From the NCBI GenBank assembly GCA_964467255.1, contig CAYXPR010000009.1:15139-79138 (forward strand): a stretch of 64,000 nt of DNA, in the 5' to 3' direction. The stretch comes from an uncultured Rickettsiales bacterium (GTDB lineage Bacteria; Pseudomonadota; Alphaproteobacteria; Rickettsiales; RGZB01). Below are positions 22,416 through 33,031 of this stretch, in pieces. A program made the translations under genes and the position numbers. Every line of letters starts with the position of its first letter. Position 1 is the first letter of the stretch. The notes under the pieces were generated by a model, which was not told the DNA's origin, did no database searches, and saw only the letters and a list, made by a program, of their open reading frames with translations.

Positions 22416-23099
22416 TTAAGCGGTGGCGTGAAGCGCCTCAACACTGCCGCCGTGTGCGGCATGGGGCGCTGCCGTACCGCCTGCGGAAAGTTTACCGTGC
22501 AGCGACAACACGCGCGCGCCGGCATCTTGCATAGCGCCGCGGGCGCGCTCAATGATGCCGTCGAAAATATAGTGCGCGGCCAGCGCCGGAATGGCAACAG
22601 AAAGCCCTGCTACGGTGGTGAGCAGCGCGGTCCAGATACCGCCGGCGAGAATGGAAGGATCCACGCGTGCGCCAGCAGATTCAAGCGTAGAGAAAGCGGT
22701 GACCATGCCTGCCACGGTGCCGAGAAGCCCGAGCAGTGGGGAAATGCTGGCGCTCATTTCAAGCCCTTTCATGTGCGATTCCAGCGCGCGCAGCTCGCTC
22801 TGGGCGATGCGGGTGACTTCTTCTTCCGCTTTCTGCTTTGAGAAAGATGGGTCAGACACGCATACGAGCGAGAAAGCCAGCAAGCGTGCCAGCGGAGAAT
22901 TTTTGGAACGCGCATAGGCGATGGCATCTTTCACGCCGCGCTGTGAGAGGTAAGCGAAGGTGTGTTCGGCCACTTTGGTGTCAAGGATGCGCAGTTTCCA
23001 GAACTGGTAGATTTTAAATAGCACCACACCCATCACATACACCGAAAGCCCGAAAATCGGGAGCATAATCGGCCCGCCTTTATCAAACAGTTCAAACAC
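22416..23099 (-). CDS. exbB: MotA/TolQ/ExbB proton-channel protein
   Basis: 227 aa with three TM segments. The 'LGLLGTVAGMVTAF' and 'GGIWTALLTTVAGLSVAIPA' blocks are typical of ExbB/TolQ. Confidence 0.9.
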   Translation of the reverse strand: MFELFDKGGPIMLPIFGLSVYVMGVVLFKIYQFWKLRILDTKVAEHTFAYLSQRGVKDAIAYARSKNSPLARLLAFSLVCVSDPSFSKQKAEEEVTRIAQSELRALESHMKGLEMSASISPLLGLLGTVAGMVTAFSTLESAGARVDPSILAGGIWTALLTTVAGLSVAIPALAAHYIFDGIIERARGAMQDAGARVLSLHGKLSAGGTAAPHAAHGGSVEALHATA

Positions 23100-23218
23100 G
23101 CGCGCGCTCCCTTGGCTTGCAGGTTAAAATCTACCCTTTTGGTGTAGCATGGAAGCGGCGCAAAAATCCACCACTATTTGGGGCGGGATGCAGGCGGAAT
23201 AACGAGGTGTAGGTGGCC

Positions 23219-24484
23219 TTACGCGAGCCACGGTGGCAGCAAGTCGCGCGCGAGCATTTCATCATACGTTTCACGTTTACGGATGACGGCAAAATCATCA
23301 CCATTCACCATCACTTCCGGCACGAGCGGACGCGTGTTGTAGGTGGAGGCCATCACGGCGCCATACGCCCCTGCCGTGCGGAAGGCCACAAGGTCGCCTT
23401 CTTTGAGCGCCGGTAAATCACGCTGGCGCGCGAACACGTCGCCTGTTTCACACACCGGCCCCACCACATCTACCAGCTGGTGTTTACCGCGCCACTTGCT
23501 TTCATCCACCGGCACAATGTCGTGATGCGCGTGGTACAGGCTCGGGCGAATCAAATCATTCATCGCGGCATCAATGACCAAGAACTCGCGCTCCGGTGTT
23601 TTCTTCACCAGCACCACGCGCGAGACGAGCAGCCCCGCATTGCCGCAGATAAGGCGCCCTGGCTCCAGCACCAATTCGCAGTCGAGGTGCTTCACCGTTT
23701 CCATAATCATTTTAGCATAGTCGGTCGGGTGCGGCGGCAAAGTGGTGCTGTCATACGGCACGCCGAGGCCGCCGCCCAAATCGAGGCGTTTGATGTTGTG
23801 GCCGTTGGCGCGAAGCTCGCGCACCAGTGTTTCAATTTTTTCAAACGCGGCGCGGAAGGGAGCAAGGCTGGTGAGCTGCGAGCCGATATGGGTGGAAATG
23901 CCCACGACCTTAATGCCCTTAAGGCGCGCGGCTTCGGCATAGACCTCGCGCGCCTGCTCAAACGCTACGCCGAATTTGTCGGTTTTGCGGCCGGTGGAAA
24001 TTTTATCGTGCGTGCCGGCATCGACATCCGGATTCACGCGCACGGCAATCTGCGCGGTTTTTTTAAGGCGTATGGCTTCCTCGCTCAGCATGTGCAGCTC
24101 TTCGAGCGACTCAACATTAAACTGGCCAATATTTTCCGCCAGCGCATACCGCATTTCGCTGCGGGTTTTCCCTACGCCTGAAAACACGATGCGATGCGGG
24201 CTGACACCAGCGGCGCGCGCGCGGCGAATCTCGCCTTCTGACACGCAATCAGCCCCTGCGCCGAGGCGCGCGAGTGTTTTTAATACCGCGATGTTGGAGT
24301 TGGATTTTACCGCAAAGCACACCACATGTGGCACTTCGGCAAAGCCTTCGGAGAACACGTTGAAATGGCGCTCCAGCGTGGCCGCAGAATAGACATAAAA
24401 CGGCGTGCCGACTTTTTCCGCCAGTGCGCTGAGCGAAACATTTTCGGCGCAAAGCACGCCATTGGCATAGGCAAAATGATCCAC
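23219..24484 (-). CDS. lysA: diaminopimelate decarboxylase
   Basis: 'FYVYSAATLERHF', 'CFAVKSNSN', 'GGGLGVPY' and 'VVGPVCETGD' blocks. 421 aa, GTG start. Confidence 0.95.
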   Translation of the reverse strand: MDHFAYANGVLCAENVSLSALAEKVGTPFYVYSAATLERHFNVFSEGFAEVPHVVCFAVKSNSNIAVLKTLARLGAGADCVSEGEIRRARAAGVSPHRIVFSGVGKTRSEMRYALAENIGQFNVESLEELHMLSEEAIRLKKTAQIAVRVNPDVDAGTHDKISTGRKTDKFGVAFEQAREVYAEAARLKGIKVVGISTHIGSQLTSLAPFRAAFEKIETLVRELRANGHNIKRLDLGGGLGVPYDSTTLPPHPTDYAKMIMETVKHLDCELVLEPGRLICGNAGLLVSRVVLVKKTPEREFLVIDAAMNDLIRPSLYHAHHDIVPVDESKWRGKHQLVDVVGPVCETGDVFARQRDLPALKEGDLVAFRTAGAYGAVMASTYNTRPLVPEVMVNGDDFAVIRKRETYDEMLARDLLPPWLA

Positions 24485-24485
24485 G

Positions 24486-24593
24486 TTAATCCGCCTTTTT
24501 CTGCTGCACTTCGTGCGGGTGCTTTAAATCACCTTTCACGCCACACGCGGTGGGGAGCGCCAGCACAAGCAGAATGATAAACAGACGCAGCAT
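24486..24593 (-). CDS. 35-aa lipoprotein (LptM/YifL-like micro-lipoprotein), absent from the ORF track
   Basis: Hand translation of the minus strand gives [35 protein letters not shown]. It has a signal peptide plus a Cys lipobox. The ATG overlaps the argH stop (TAATG), and the stop lies 1 nt before the lysA GTG, so it exactly fills the argH-lysA gap. Confidence 0.55.
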   Translation of the reverse strand: MLRLFIILLVLALPTACGVKGDLKHPHEVQQKKAD

Positions 24594-26044
24594 TACACAT
24601 ATCTCCGTTTGGCATCCTGCACGGATTTTTTCACGTTCGCCGGAGCAGTGCCGCCGAAGCTGACGCGACTGGCGACAGAATTTTCTACCGACAGCACACG
24701 GAAAATATCATTCGTGATGCGCGGTTCAACGCTTTGCAATTCTTTGAGCGAGAGTTCGTTCAAGTGCAGATTCTTTTTAGAAGCCAGCGCGACCAGTTTA
24801 CCGGTGATGTGGTGGCACTCGCGGAATGGAATTTTTAAACTCTGCACCAGCCAGTCGGCAAGGTCGGTCGCTGTGGCATAGCCCGAAGCGGCGGCTTCTT
24901 TCAGCACGTCTTTATTCGCGGTGAAGTCTTTCACCATGCCGGTGGTGGCGCGCAGGCAGAGCAGAATGCTTTCGGCGGCGTCGAACACAGGCTCTTTATC
25001 TTCCTGCATGTCTTTGCTGTAAGTGAGCGGTAGACCTTTCATGACGGTGAGCAAGCCAATCAAGTCACCAAAAATACGGCCCGTTTTTCCGCGCACGAGC
25101 TCGGCGGCATCGGGGTTACGCTTTTGCGGCATGATGGAGCTGCCGGTGGTGAATTTATCGGACAGTTTCACGAAGTTAAACTGGCTGCTCGTCCACATCA
25201 CCAGCTCTTCGGCGAAGCGCGAGAGGTGCGTGGCGATAAGGCTGACGCAGAATAAGAATTCAATCGCGAAATCGCGGTCCGACACTGAATCAATCGAGTT
25301 GCGCGTGGGACCAGCAAAACCAAGCGACTTTGCCGTGGCCTGACGGTCGATCGGGAAGGATGTGCCGGCAAGTGCGGCGGCACCGAGCGGGCATTCATTC
25401 ATGCGTGCGCGTGCATCTTTCAAGCGGCTGCGGTCACGCCCGAACATTTCCACATAGGCCAGCAAATGGTGGCCGAGCGTGACGGGCTGCGCCACCTGCA
25501 AATGCGTGAACCCTGGCATGATGGTGGCGGCGTGTTCTTCCGCGCGTTTTAAGAGCGCGGCCTGCAAGTGCTGCAGTTCTTTTTCGAGCACGTCGGTGGC
25601 ATCGCGTACCCACAGGCGGAAATCGGTCGCCACTTGGTCATTACGGCTGCGGGCGGTGTGTAGCCAGCCGCCGTCGGGCCCGATTTTTTCGGTGAGGGCA
25701 GATTCGACATTCATGTGAATGTCTTCGAGTTCTTCTAGTAGCAGAAAACCACCTTCTTCCATTTCTTCTAAGATACGCTTTAGGCCATCGGCGATGCGTT
25801 TGCCCGCGCGGGGAGGAATAATCCCTTGTTTTAGCAGCATTTCACAGTGCGCGAGGGAGCCGGCAATATCTTGCCGGTAGAGTTTTTTATCGAAATGGAC
25901 AGAGCAATTGATGAGCTGCATCAACTCATCGGGCGCGGTGGCGAATTGCCCGCCCCACATACGGTTTGAAGCCGTTTTGGCGTTGCTTTTTGCCTTGCGG
26001 CTGCTAGGATTTGTTCCAGCCATAATGATACATCCATCCATCAA
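24593..26044 (-). CDS. argH: argininosuccinate lyase
   Basis: 'MWGGQF', '[11 protein letters not shown]' and '[12 protein letters not shown]' signature blocks. The true start may be ATG 26023 (MAGTNPSS..). Confidence 0.95.
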   Translation of the reverse strand: MMDGCIIMAGTNPSSRKAKSNAKTASNRMWGGQFATAPDELMQLINCSVHFDKKLYRQDIAGSLAHCEMLLKQGIIPPRAGKRIADGLKRILEEMEEGGFLLLEELEDIHMNVESALTEKIGPDGGWLHTARSRNDQVATDFRLWVRDATDVLEKELQHLQAALLKRAEEHAATIMPGFTHLQVAQPVTLGHHLLAYVEMFGRDRSRLKDARARMNECPLGAAALAGTSFPIDRQATAKSLGFAGPTRNSIDSVSDRDFAIEFLFCVSLIATHLSRFAEELVMWTSSQFNFVKLSDKFTTGSSIMPQKRNPDAAELVRGKTGRIFGDLIGLLTVMKGLPLTYSKDMQEDKEPVFDAAESILLCLRATTGMVKDFTANKDVLKEAAASGYATATDLADWLVQSLKIPFRECHHITGKLVALASKKNLHLNELSLKELQSVEPRITNDIFRVLSVENSVASRVSFGGTAPANVKKSVQDAKRRYV

Positions 26045-26056
26045 CGAAGTAGGGCC

Positions 26057-26620
26057 ATGAATATACGCATACTTACAATGTTTTGCCTGCTAGTGGCAAG
26101 TTTCTTTGCAGTGCTGCCGGGGGCCGATGCCCAGTCTGGCGCCCAAAAACGTACCGTGCCAGCGGGCGAATTGCCCTATACTCCACGCAATCTGCCTTTC
26201 AGCGCATTTAAAGACGAGCATGGCCGCAGCTATGGCCTTGGCAATTTTAAAGGGCAGGTGGTGTTGGTGAATTTTTGGGCCACATGGTGCGGCCCGTGTG
26301 TGGAGGAAATGCCTGCCCTGAGCCGCTTACAGGCGAAGTATGCGGATAAAGGCTTCAGGGTGGTGGCGATTTCGCAGGATGAATCGATGCAATTGGTGCA
26401 TAATTTCTTTGCAAAAAAGCAGATCAAAAACCTGCAATTGTTTATGGATGAAAATGCCGAAACCTTTGGCAGCTTTGGTTTTAGCGGCCTTCCTTCCAGC
26501 GTGGTGATTGACCATAATGGCAAAGAGGCCGTGCGGTTTACCGGCTTGCTTAACTGGGAGTCACCCAGCGCCCTGTATGTGATTGAAGACCTGCTGAAGC
26601 GCCGCAACGGCGAGCTTTAA
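26057..26620 (+). CDS. tlpA: periplasmic thiol:disulfide oxidoreductase, TlpA/ResA-like thioredoxin fold
   Basis: Signal peptide plus the '[14 protein letters not shown]' CxxC active site. Divergent from argH, as in many alphaproteobacteria. Confidence 0.8.
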   Translation: MNIRILTMFCLLVASFFAVLPGADAQSGAQKRTVPAGELPYTPRNLPFSAFKDEHGRSYGLGNFKGQVVLVNFWATWCGPCVEEMPALSRLQAKYADKGFRVVAISQDESMQLVHNFFAKKQIKNLQLFMDENAETFGSFGFSGLPSSVVIDHNGKEAVRFTGLLNWESPSALYVIEDLLKRRNGEL

Positions 26621-26628
26621 GCAGACCA

Positions 26629-28869
26629 CTACCGCAATAGCTTTATGATGCTAGAGGAGCGGTCGGTCCAGAGGACGGGTTTTGTATCAGAGAAGGTCTC
26701 CCACCCATTTGCCTTGAGCTCATTGGCCACAGACGTGTTGAGCGTAATCACAGACCATAACGCCGCGAGCTGATTTTCTTTTGCGTCGGTCATTTTGAAA
26801 AGCGCCGTCGTGTTAGCGCTTTCCGCCAGGCCGCGCACGAGTGGTATTAAATCAAGATAGCGGTTTGAAATATGAATCGCGATGCTGCCGCCGCGGCGCA
26901 GCTTTTTCTGATACATTGCAATAGCCTCTTTTGTGACGAGGTGGATCGGGATGGAGTCAGAACTAAATGCATCCATGATGATCAAGTCATATGAGGCATC
27001 CGGCTGCTTGGAAATTTCTAGGCGACCGTCACCCAGAAAAATACGCATATGCGGGGCGCAGTCGCGCATGAACGTGAAATATTCCGGATTTTCAGCCACG
27101 GCAATAACCGCAGGGTTGATTTCCACAATGTCCAGATCGTCCGAAGGCCTTAGCAGGCAGGCAATCGTGCCCGCCCCCAAGCCCATGAGGCCCACTTTGC
27201 GTGGGCGATCATTATACGCCTCTGCGCGGATAACTTCTTTTAGTAATGCGTAGTAGCTAATCACGTCCAGCCGGTGATTGGGGTCAAGGCTTTGGGTGCC
27301 ATGCAGCGTGGTACCGTGCATCAGGTGGCGGTTGCCATCGGCCCCGTCTACCACCCGCAGTAATCCAAAGAAATTCCGCGCCCTGAAAATGGTCGTGCCG
27401 CCATCGAGCTTCGTTGGCATGCTGATAACAAACAGGCAGCCGATAATGAGCGCGCAGCGCACGACATAAGGATACATGCGCAATGCCAGAAGATAGGTGA
27501 TGAAGATAAGGACGGACGCAAGAATATTCGGTAACGCGAAGAAGGTGATGAGGTGTTCATACGAAAGATATTTCTCGATAAACACAGCAAAACCTGGCCC
27601 GAAAGTTTTTCCTAAAAATAAGAAAAACTGGTGCAGAAGAAGCACGGCCGCGGCAAAGCCGCCACCAATCAGTAAATCTCTCTTTAATTGGTGGGGCTTG
27701 ATGCCATTCATAAGCTGCGGCAAGAGGAGCGCCACCATCAGCATCAGGCCGTATTCGATGTAATTGCTGAAAAAGAGCGGTGCAATAAACAGGTTAAACA
27801 CGCTGCCCAGTGCGCCACCCAACCCGATCCAAATATAATATTCCGAGAGGAATTTTGCGTGAGGGCGCTGCCGCGCGAGCAGGCCGTGGCAGACCATTGC
27901 GTTGGCAAAAAAAGTAAAAAGATGCAGCATCACCAAGCCGGTGTGGCTGAAAAAATAAAACAGCGCCATCGCCGCATTTAAGGTTACCTGTGCTACGAGG
28001 CTTCGCTTTAAGAGCGCATCATTATGCTTGGTGAAAGCAATAACAAAGGTTGCAAGGTAAACAGCCAGAGGCAGCACCCATAGCAGCGGAAAGGAAGCGA
28101 TGTCCTGTGAGATATGGTTCGTGGAGCCAATCAGAAGGCTTGAGGGAACAAATGCCAAGACCACCCACCACAGGCGCTGGCGGCCTGAAAGTGCCGCAAC
28201 TTTTCCGCTCGCTTTGGGGCGCTTTTTTTCTTGTTTGGCTGACCTGCGCGTGTGAAGAAAAAAGGCACAGCATGCAGCAAGGAGAAGGGCATACACGCCG
28301 TAAGAATAGGACCAGACGTTAAGCTGCTGCTGTGCGTGCAGCATGGGCTCAAGCGCCAGCGGGAATAAAAAAAGCCCGAGGAAGCTGCCCGCATTACTGG
28401 CGCTGTAGAGAAAGTAAGGATCTCCCGCGCGTTGCTGGGGCAGGGCATGAAACCAATGCTGGATCAGCGGCGCTGTGCAGCACAGAAAAAACACAGGAAG
28501 CGCCACCCACTGCGCCAGCATCCACGCGGCAGAAAGCGCTTGGTTGGTCGCAAAAACCGAAAGGGTGGTGGGTGTAAACACTGTTAGCGGCAGGGTGATA
28601 ATAAGGGCGGCACCCAAGGCTAACACATGCACGATGCTTGGAATGCGCATACCCCAGCGCTGGGCCACCTTGTAGAAAAAATGGACGTAGCAATAGCCCA
28701 ATAGCAAAATGCACTGGAAGAAAAACAATGTGGCGTACCACACGGCAGGCGTGCCACCAAATGAGGGAAGAAGCAGTTTTGCTAACATGGGCTGAACGGT
28801 AAAAAGCAGGAGCGCGCTCACACCGGTGGTAAGGGAGAAAAGCAGAACAGCCATAGAACCTCGTGGCAT
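26629..28869 (-). CDS. fused polytopic membrane domain plus spermidine-synthase-like (class I methyltransferase-fold) domain
   Basis: About 470 aa containing 12 or more hydrophobic helices, then 'VGLMGLGAGTIACLL' (SAM/dcSAM-binding GxGxG) and 'YDLIIMDAFSSDSIPIHL' as in aminopropyltransferases. Confidence 0.8.
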   Translation of the reverse strand: MPRGSMAVLLFSLTTGVSALLLFTVQPMLAKLLLPSFGGTPAVWYATLFFFQCILLLGYCYVHFFYKVAQRWGMRIPSIVHVLALGAALIITLPLTVFTPTTLSVFATNQALSAAWMLAQWVALPVFFLCCTAPLIQHWFHALPQQRAGDPYFLYSASNAGSFLGLFLFPLALEPMLHAQQQLNVWSYSYGVYALLLAACCAFFLHTRRSAKQEKKRPKASGKVAALSGRQRLWWVVLAFVPSSLLIGSTNHISQDIASFPLLWVLPLAVYLATFVIAFTKHNDALLKRSLVAQVTLNAAMALFYFFSHTGLVMLHLFTFFANAMVCHGLLARQRPHAKFLSEYYIWIGLGGALGSVFNLFIAPLFFSNYIEYGLMLMVALLLPQLMNGIKPHQLKRDLLIGGGFAAAVLLLHQFFLFLGKTFGPGFAVFIEKYLSYEHLITFFALPNILASVLIFITYLLALRMYPYVVRCALIIGCLFVISMPTKLDGGTTIFRARNFFGLLRVVDGADGNRHLMHGTTLHGTQSLDPNHRLDVISYYALLKEVIRAEAYNDRPRKVGLMGLGAGTIACLLRPSDDLDIVEINPAVIAVAENPEYFTFMRDCAPHMRIFLGDGRLEISKQPDASYDLIIMDAFSSDSIPIHLVTKEAIAMYQKKLRRGGSIAIHISNRYLDLIPLVRGLAESANTTALFKMTDAKENQLAALWSVITLNTSVANELKANGWETFSDTKPVLWTDRSSSIIKLLR

Positions 28870-28892
28870 GGGGGTAAAGAATGGTGCTCATG

Positions 28893-29756
28893 CTACCAAA
28901 CAAAAGCGGGAATAGCTACCTTCGGGAAAATATTTTCTGTGGCGCAGAATGTTTCGAGCGCGGCCGCGTCAGGCAGCGTGCCGCTGGTGCAGCCTAAGTG
29001 CGCCGCTAAAATGCCACCCGTGCACAGCACCGAAAAAATACCCTGCGTGTTCGCGCCCTTGATATCGGTTTCGAGCGCATCGCCGATGGCGCAGATTTTT
29101 GATACATCCGGCGCACCAAAAAACGCCATGCATTCGCGGTACACATCAGGGTAAGGCTTGCCGAAATACGTGACGGTGCCGCCGCGGGCGAGATATTCTT
29201 TTGCAAACAGCCCCGCGCAAATTTGCCGTGCGCCGTTTTGCCGCACCACCTCCATGTCAGGGTTCGCGCAGATGAGGGGAAGTTTTGCGCTGAGGCAATC
29301 TTCAAACTGCTCGCGCTTTTCTTCGAAAGTAGAGGCTTCGCTGTCAAACCCGGTGATGAGGGCAAAATCGGCATCCGCTGCTTTTTCGACCATTGCGTAA
29401 TCGAGCCCCTTGGCAAGATCCATGTCTTTGCCCGGGCCGATATACACATAGTGTTTGCCGAGTGTTTGGCGCGTGGCGGCGAGGTGATGATGTGTGACTT
29501 CACCCGAGGTGAGGATATGGTCGTAGAGATGTTTGCCGACGCCGAGCCTATCGAGCACCATAACGGCTTTAGAAGCACGGCGAGGGGCATTGGAAAGGAA
29601 GATAATTTTTTTATTCCGACTCCGTAATGATTCAAGAGATGCAATGGCTCCAGGGTAAGTGTGCAAGCCGTCATGTATCACGCCCCACAGGTCGATGATG
29701 AAGTAATCAAACCGGTCCGCCAAGGGCGCGATATGGGTCATCAGTTCAGGTTTCAT
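28893..29756 (-). CDS. HAD-superfamily class IIA hydrolase (TIGR01459-like)
   Basis: 'FIIDLWGVIHDG' (motif I), 'IIFLSNAPR' and 'AIGDALETDIKGA' (motif IV). ORF trimmed to ATG 29756, immediately after the rhomboid stop. Confidence 0.8.
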   Translation of the reverse strand: MKPELMTHIAPLADRFDYFIIDLWGVIHDGLHTYPGAIASLESLRSRNKKIIFLSNAPRRASKAVMVLDRLGVGKHLYDHILTSGEVTHHHLAATRQTLGKHYVYIGPGKDMDLAKGLDYAMVEKAADADFALITGFDSEASTFEEKREQFEDCLSAKLPLICANPDMEVVRQNGARQICAGLFAKEYLARGGTVTYFGKPYPDVYRECMAFFGAPDVSKICAIGDALETDIKGANTQGIFSVLCTGGILAAHLGCTSGTLPDAAALETFCATENIFPKVAIPAFVW

Positions 29757-29758
29757 CG

Positions 29759-30598
29759 CTAGCCTCTGTTCCATGGCCCACGCTTGGTGGGAATGGTGGG
29801 CGGAGGGGCCACGCGCCGAGGCGGCAATTGCCCGCGTTTTGCCATTTCCCACGGCGAGTGCTCGGGTGCGTGGAATAATTTTTCGTCACGCCGGATAAAA
29901 AATTTCACCAGCACGAGGCCCGCCACAAAGCCGCCGATATGCGCCCAGAAGGCGACACCACCGCCGGTTTTACCTACAGAGGCCATGCCGCTTAGAATCT
30001 GCCCGCCAAACCACAAACCAAGCACTATGAACGCAGGCACATACATCATGCGCCACATAAAGAAGGGCCCGAGTGTGAAATATACACGCACGTTGGCGCG
30101 CGGGAACAGCATGATGTAAGCACCTAAAACGCCGGAAATGGCGCCGCTGGCGCCTACCATGGGAATGCCGGAGCTGGGGTCGGTAGCGATTTGCGCGACG
30201 GCGGCAACGATGCCGCAGAGAAGGTAAAACACGATGAAGCGCTTATGCCCCATGGCGAGTTCGACATTGTCGCCGAAAATCCAGAGATACATCATGTTGC
30301 CGGCAAGATGCATCAGCCCGCCATGCAGGAACATAGAGGTAATAAGGCTGACGTAAGGCGACACAGCAGGTGCCGGAATGGTGTATTGAATCTGCTGGAG
30401 AACTTCCTGCGGAAGCTGCGGCTCTACACCCATGAAATACGCAGGGATAACGCCATACATGAAAGCAAACATCTGCCCTGTTTCCGGCGGCAGGCTGAGT
30501 TGATACACAAAGGCGCCGATGCAGACCGCAATGAACAACCAGGTGATGTATTGGCGCTGGCCGGGATGAAGGGGATTATCGTCGCCGAGTGGAATCAT
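29759..30598 (-). CDS. rhomboid-family intramembrane serine protease
   Basis: 'HGGLMHLAGNMMYLWIFG', the catalytic 'GASGAISGVLGAY' and 'AHIGGFVAGL'. Six TM helices. Confidence 0.9.
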   Translation of the reverse strand: MIPLGDDNPLHPGQRQYITWLFIAVCIGAFVYQLSLPPETGQMFAFMYGVIPAYFMGVEPQLPQEVLQQIQYTIPAPAVSPYVSLITSMFLHGGLMHLAGNMMYLWIFGDNVELAMGHKRFIVFYLLCGIVAAVAQIATDPSSGIPMVGASGAISGVLGAYIMLFPRANVRVYFTLGPFFMWRMMYVPAFIVLGLWFGGQILSGMASVGKTGGGVAFWAHIGGFVAGLVLVKFFIRRDEKLFHAPEHSPWEMAKRGQLPPRRVAPPPTIPTKRGPWNRG

Positions 30599-30601
30599 GG
30601 A

Positions 30602-31378
30602 TTATTCCCTCATCTCGCTGCGAGTCGCCGCATGCTTATAATTATCGTCGCGTAGGAACACGCCGGAAAAACGCACATTCAATCCGCCGCAACTGCCGTT
30701 ATCGGCAGCGAAGAGCAGGTCAGGCGAGATTTGCTGCAAGGTCACTTCGCAGCCACTTTCTTTTTCAGAAAAAACAACCCGTGTGCCGGTGGGTTTCGCA
30801 TCGGCCTTGAACGCGCCGAAATGTACCACGCGTTCGTCGCTGCCTTCATAGGTGGTCACGGGGCCATACCAGAAGGCGCTGCCATCGGCGCGGAGTGTTT
30901 CAGCATCCAGCTTCGTGATGCGGATGCTGTCCGGCAGGAAAGTTTCGGATTCGCCCGTGACTTCTGTATTTTTTGCGGTTTGCGGTTTACCAGTCACCCA
31001 TGTGCCGAGCCAATGCGAAGGTTTTGGCTTTTTGGTTTTGACCACGCGCACGTTTTTTTCCGCCAGCCAGCCATAGGCGCTGCCGCGCTCAGAGAACAGA
31101 TGCACGAAACGGTAGTCACCCTTCTTTTCACCGAGCAGCAGTTGGTGGGTGAGGTAGGTTTTGTCGAGCGCGAGGGTGGCGCACTCTTCCCGCGCGGCGT
31201 CGGGGCAGCCATCCGTATAATCATTCAGCAGGGGAATCGGCGTTTTGATGTTTTTAGTAAAGCGCCCGAGCACCCAGGATTGTTCCGGTGTTTTATCGGC
31301 CGCAACGGTAAGAACAGGAATCATCATCACCGCCGCCAGCAACACTGCACAGACAATGCGAAGGCTGCGGCGCATCAT
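30602..31378 (-). CDS. secreted hypothetical protein
   Basis: Signal peptide [27 protein letters not shown]. No motif recognised. Tightly packed between lysK (4-nt overlap) and the rhomboid gene. Confidence 0.55.
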   Translation of the reverse strand: MMRRSLRIVCAVLLAAVMMIPVLTVAADKTPEQSWVLGRFTKNIKTPIPLLNDYTDGCPDAAREECATLALDKTYLTHQLLLGEKKGDYRFVHLFSERGSAYGWLAEKNVRVVKTKKPKPSHWLGTWVTGKPQTAKNTEVTGESETFLPDSIRITKLDAETLRADGSAFWYGPVTTYEGSDERVVHFGAFKADAKPTGTRVVFSEKESGCEVTLQQISPDLLFAADNGSCGGLNVRFSGVFLRDDNYKHAATRSEMRE

Positions 31379-32958
31379 GCGGCGTCCTTACGCGCGAGGG
31401 ATTGTGTGGCGAGCGCGATGGTTTCTTCCACGCCATAGAGTGCGATGAAACTACCCATGCGAGGACCCTGTGCCTGACCCAGCATCACTTCATACAGCGC
31501 CCCGAACCAGTCACGTAAATTTTCAAACCCATGCAGCTTGCCCACTTCATACACCATGTTCTGAAGTTCTTCCGCCGAGGCACCTTTGGGCGCATCGCGC
31601 AGCTTGCCGATGAGGGCCTCAATCGCGGCACGCTCTTTTTCCGTGGCGTTGCGGAATTTTTTCTCCGGCTTGATGAAGTCGTGGTAGTAAGACACGGCAT
31701 ATTCAACCAGTTTGTCTAATAACGGCGAATTCTGCGGTGTTGCGTCGGGTGCATAGCGGCTGATGAAGCCCCAGAGTACCGATTTATCGTCGGTGCTCGA
31801 CACGCTAGCAAGGTTCAGCAGCAGCCCGAAAGTAACAGGCATGTTGCTCTTCGGCGGCACGCCGTTATGGATGTGCCACACAGGGTTTTCTACCTGCAGA
31901 ACCTCTTCCTGTTCCTCGAATTTAACCAGATGGCTAACATACTCATCCACATGTTTGGGTATCACATCAAAATGCAGGCGCTTTGCTTTGCGTGGCGAAC
32001 CATACATATAGAGCGCAAGGCTTTCCGGCGTGGCGTAACGCAGCCATTCATCAATCGTGAGGCCGTTGCCCTTGGATTTGCTAATCTTCTGACCCTGTTC
32101 ATCGAGGAACAGCTCATAGAAAAAGCCTTCCGGCGGGGTGCCACCTAAAATACGGCAGATTTTTGCGGATAGTTCCGCAGACGGAATGAGGTCTTTTCCA
32201 TACATTTCATAGTCGACTTCGAGTGCCGTCCAGCGCATGGCCCAGTCGGCCTTCCACTGCATTTTGCAACGCCCGCCGGTGACGGGCGTTTCCACGTCTT
32301 CACCGGTTTCAGGGTCAACATAGGTCAGCGTGCCTTTGGCGACATTCGTGGCCTTAATCGGCACTTGCAGCACCTTGCCTGTGCGCGGGCATACCGGCAT
32401 GAAGGGGCTGTAGGTCTGCTGGCGTTCATCGCCCAGCGTGGGCAGCATCACCTTTAAGATAGCATCAACTTTTTCTAGGCATTTCAGCAATGTAGCATCA
32501 AACATTCCGGATGTGTAACAATCTGTCGCACTCTTAAATTCATACTCAAAGCCGAACGTATCTAAAAATGCACGCAGGCGCGCATTCATGTGATGGCCGA
32601 AACTCTCATGCGTGCCGAACGGATCGGGGATGGAGGTGAGAGCTTTGCCCAAATGCTGCGCGACCATTTCTTTGTTCGGAAGATTATCGGGCACTTTACG
32701 GAGCCCATCCATGTCGTCTGAAAACGCGAACAGGCGCGTGGGGATGTCTGACAGGCGCGCGAAGGCCTGACGCACCATGGTGGTGCGCGCCACTTCGCCA
32801 AACGTGCCGATGTGCGGCAGACCCGAGGGACCATAGCCGGTTTCAAACAGCACGTAGCCTTTTTTTGGCGGCGCTTTTTCAAACCGCGTGACAAGTTTTT
32901 TGGCTTCTTCAAACGGCCAGGCTTTGGCGTTGGTGAAATGTTCAATCGAGATGGGCAT
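31375..32958 (-). CDS. lysK: lysine--tRNA ligase, class I
   Basis: 527 aa. '[15 protein letters not shown]' (HIGH) and 'KISKSKGNG' (KMSKS) in the class I LysRS arrangement. Confidence 0.95.
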   Translation of the reverse strand: MPISIEHFTNAKAWPFEEAKKLVTRFEKAPPKKGYVLFETGYGPSGLPHIGTFGEVARTTMVRQAFARLSDIPTRLFAFSDDMDGLRKVPDNLPNKEMVAQHLGKALTSIPDPFGTHESFGHHMNARLRAFLDTFGFEYEFKSATDCYTSGMFDATLLKCLEKVDAILKVMLPTLGDERQQTYSPFMPVCPRTGKVLQVPIKATNVAKGTLTYVDPETGEDVETPVTGGRCKMQWKADWAMRWTALEVDYEMYGKDLIPSAELSAKICRILGGTPPEGFFYELFLDEQGQKISKSKGNGLTIDEWLRYATPESLALYMYGSPRKAKRLHFDVIPKHVDEYVSHLVKFEEQEEVLQVENPVWHIHNGVPPKSNMPVTFGLLLNLASVSSTDDKSVLWGFISRYAPDATPQNSPLLDKLVEYAVSYYHDFIKPEKKFRNATEKERAAIEALIGKLRDAPKGASAEELQNMVYEVGKLHGFENLRDWFGALYEVMLGQAQGPRMGSFIALYGVEETIALATQSLARKDAA

Positions 32959-33031
32959 GATGTTCTACGCTTAAAAAATATGCCGGATACGCCGGTAATG
33001 GCGAGAAAACTAATGTTTTGCGCGGTTCTTG

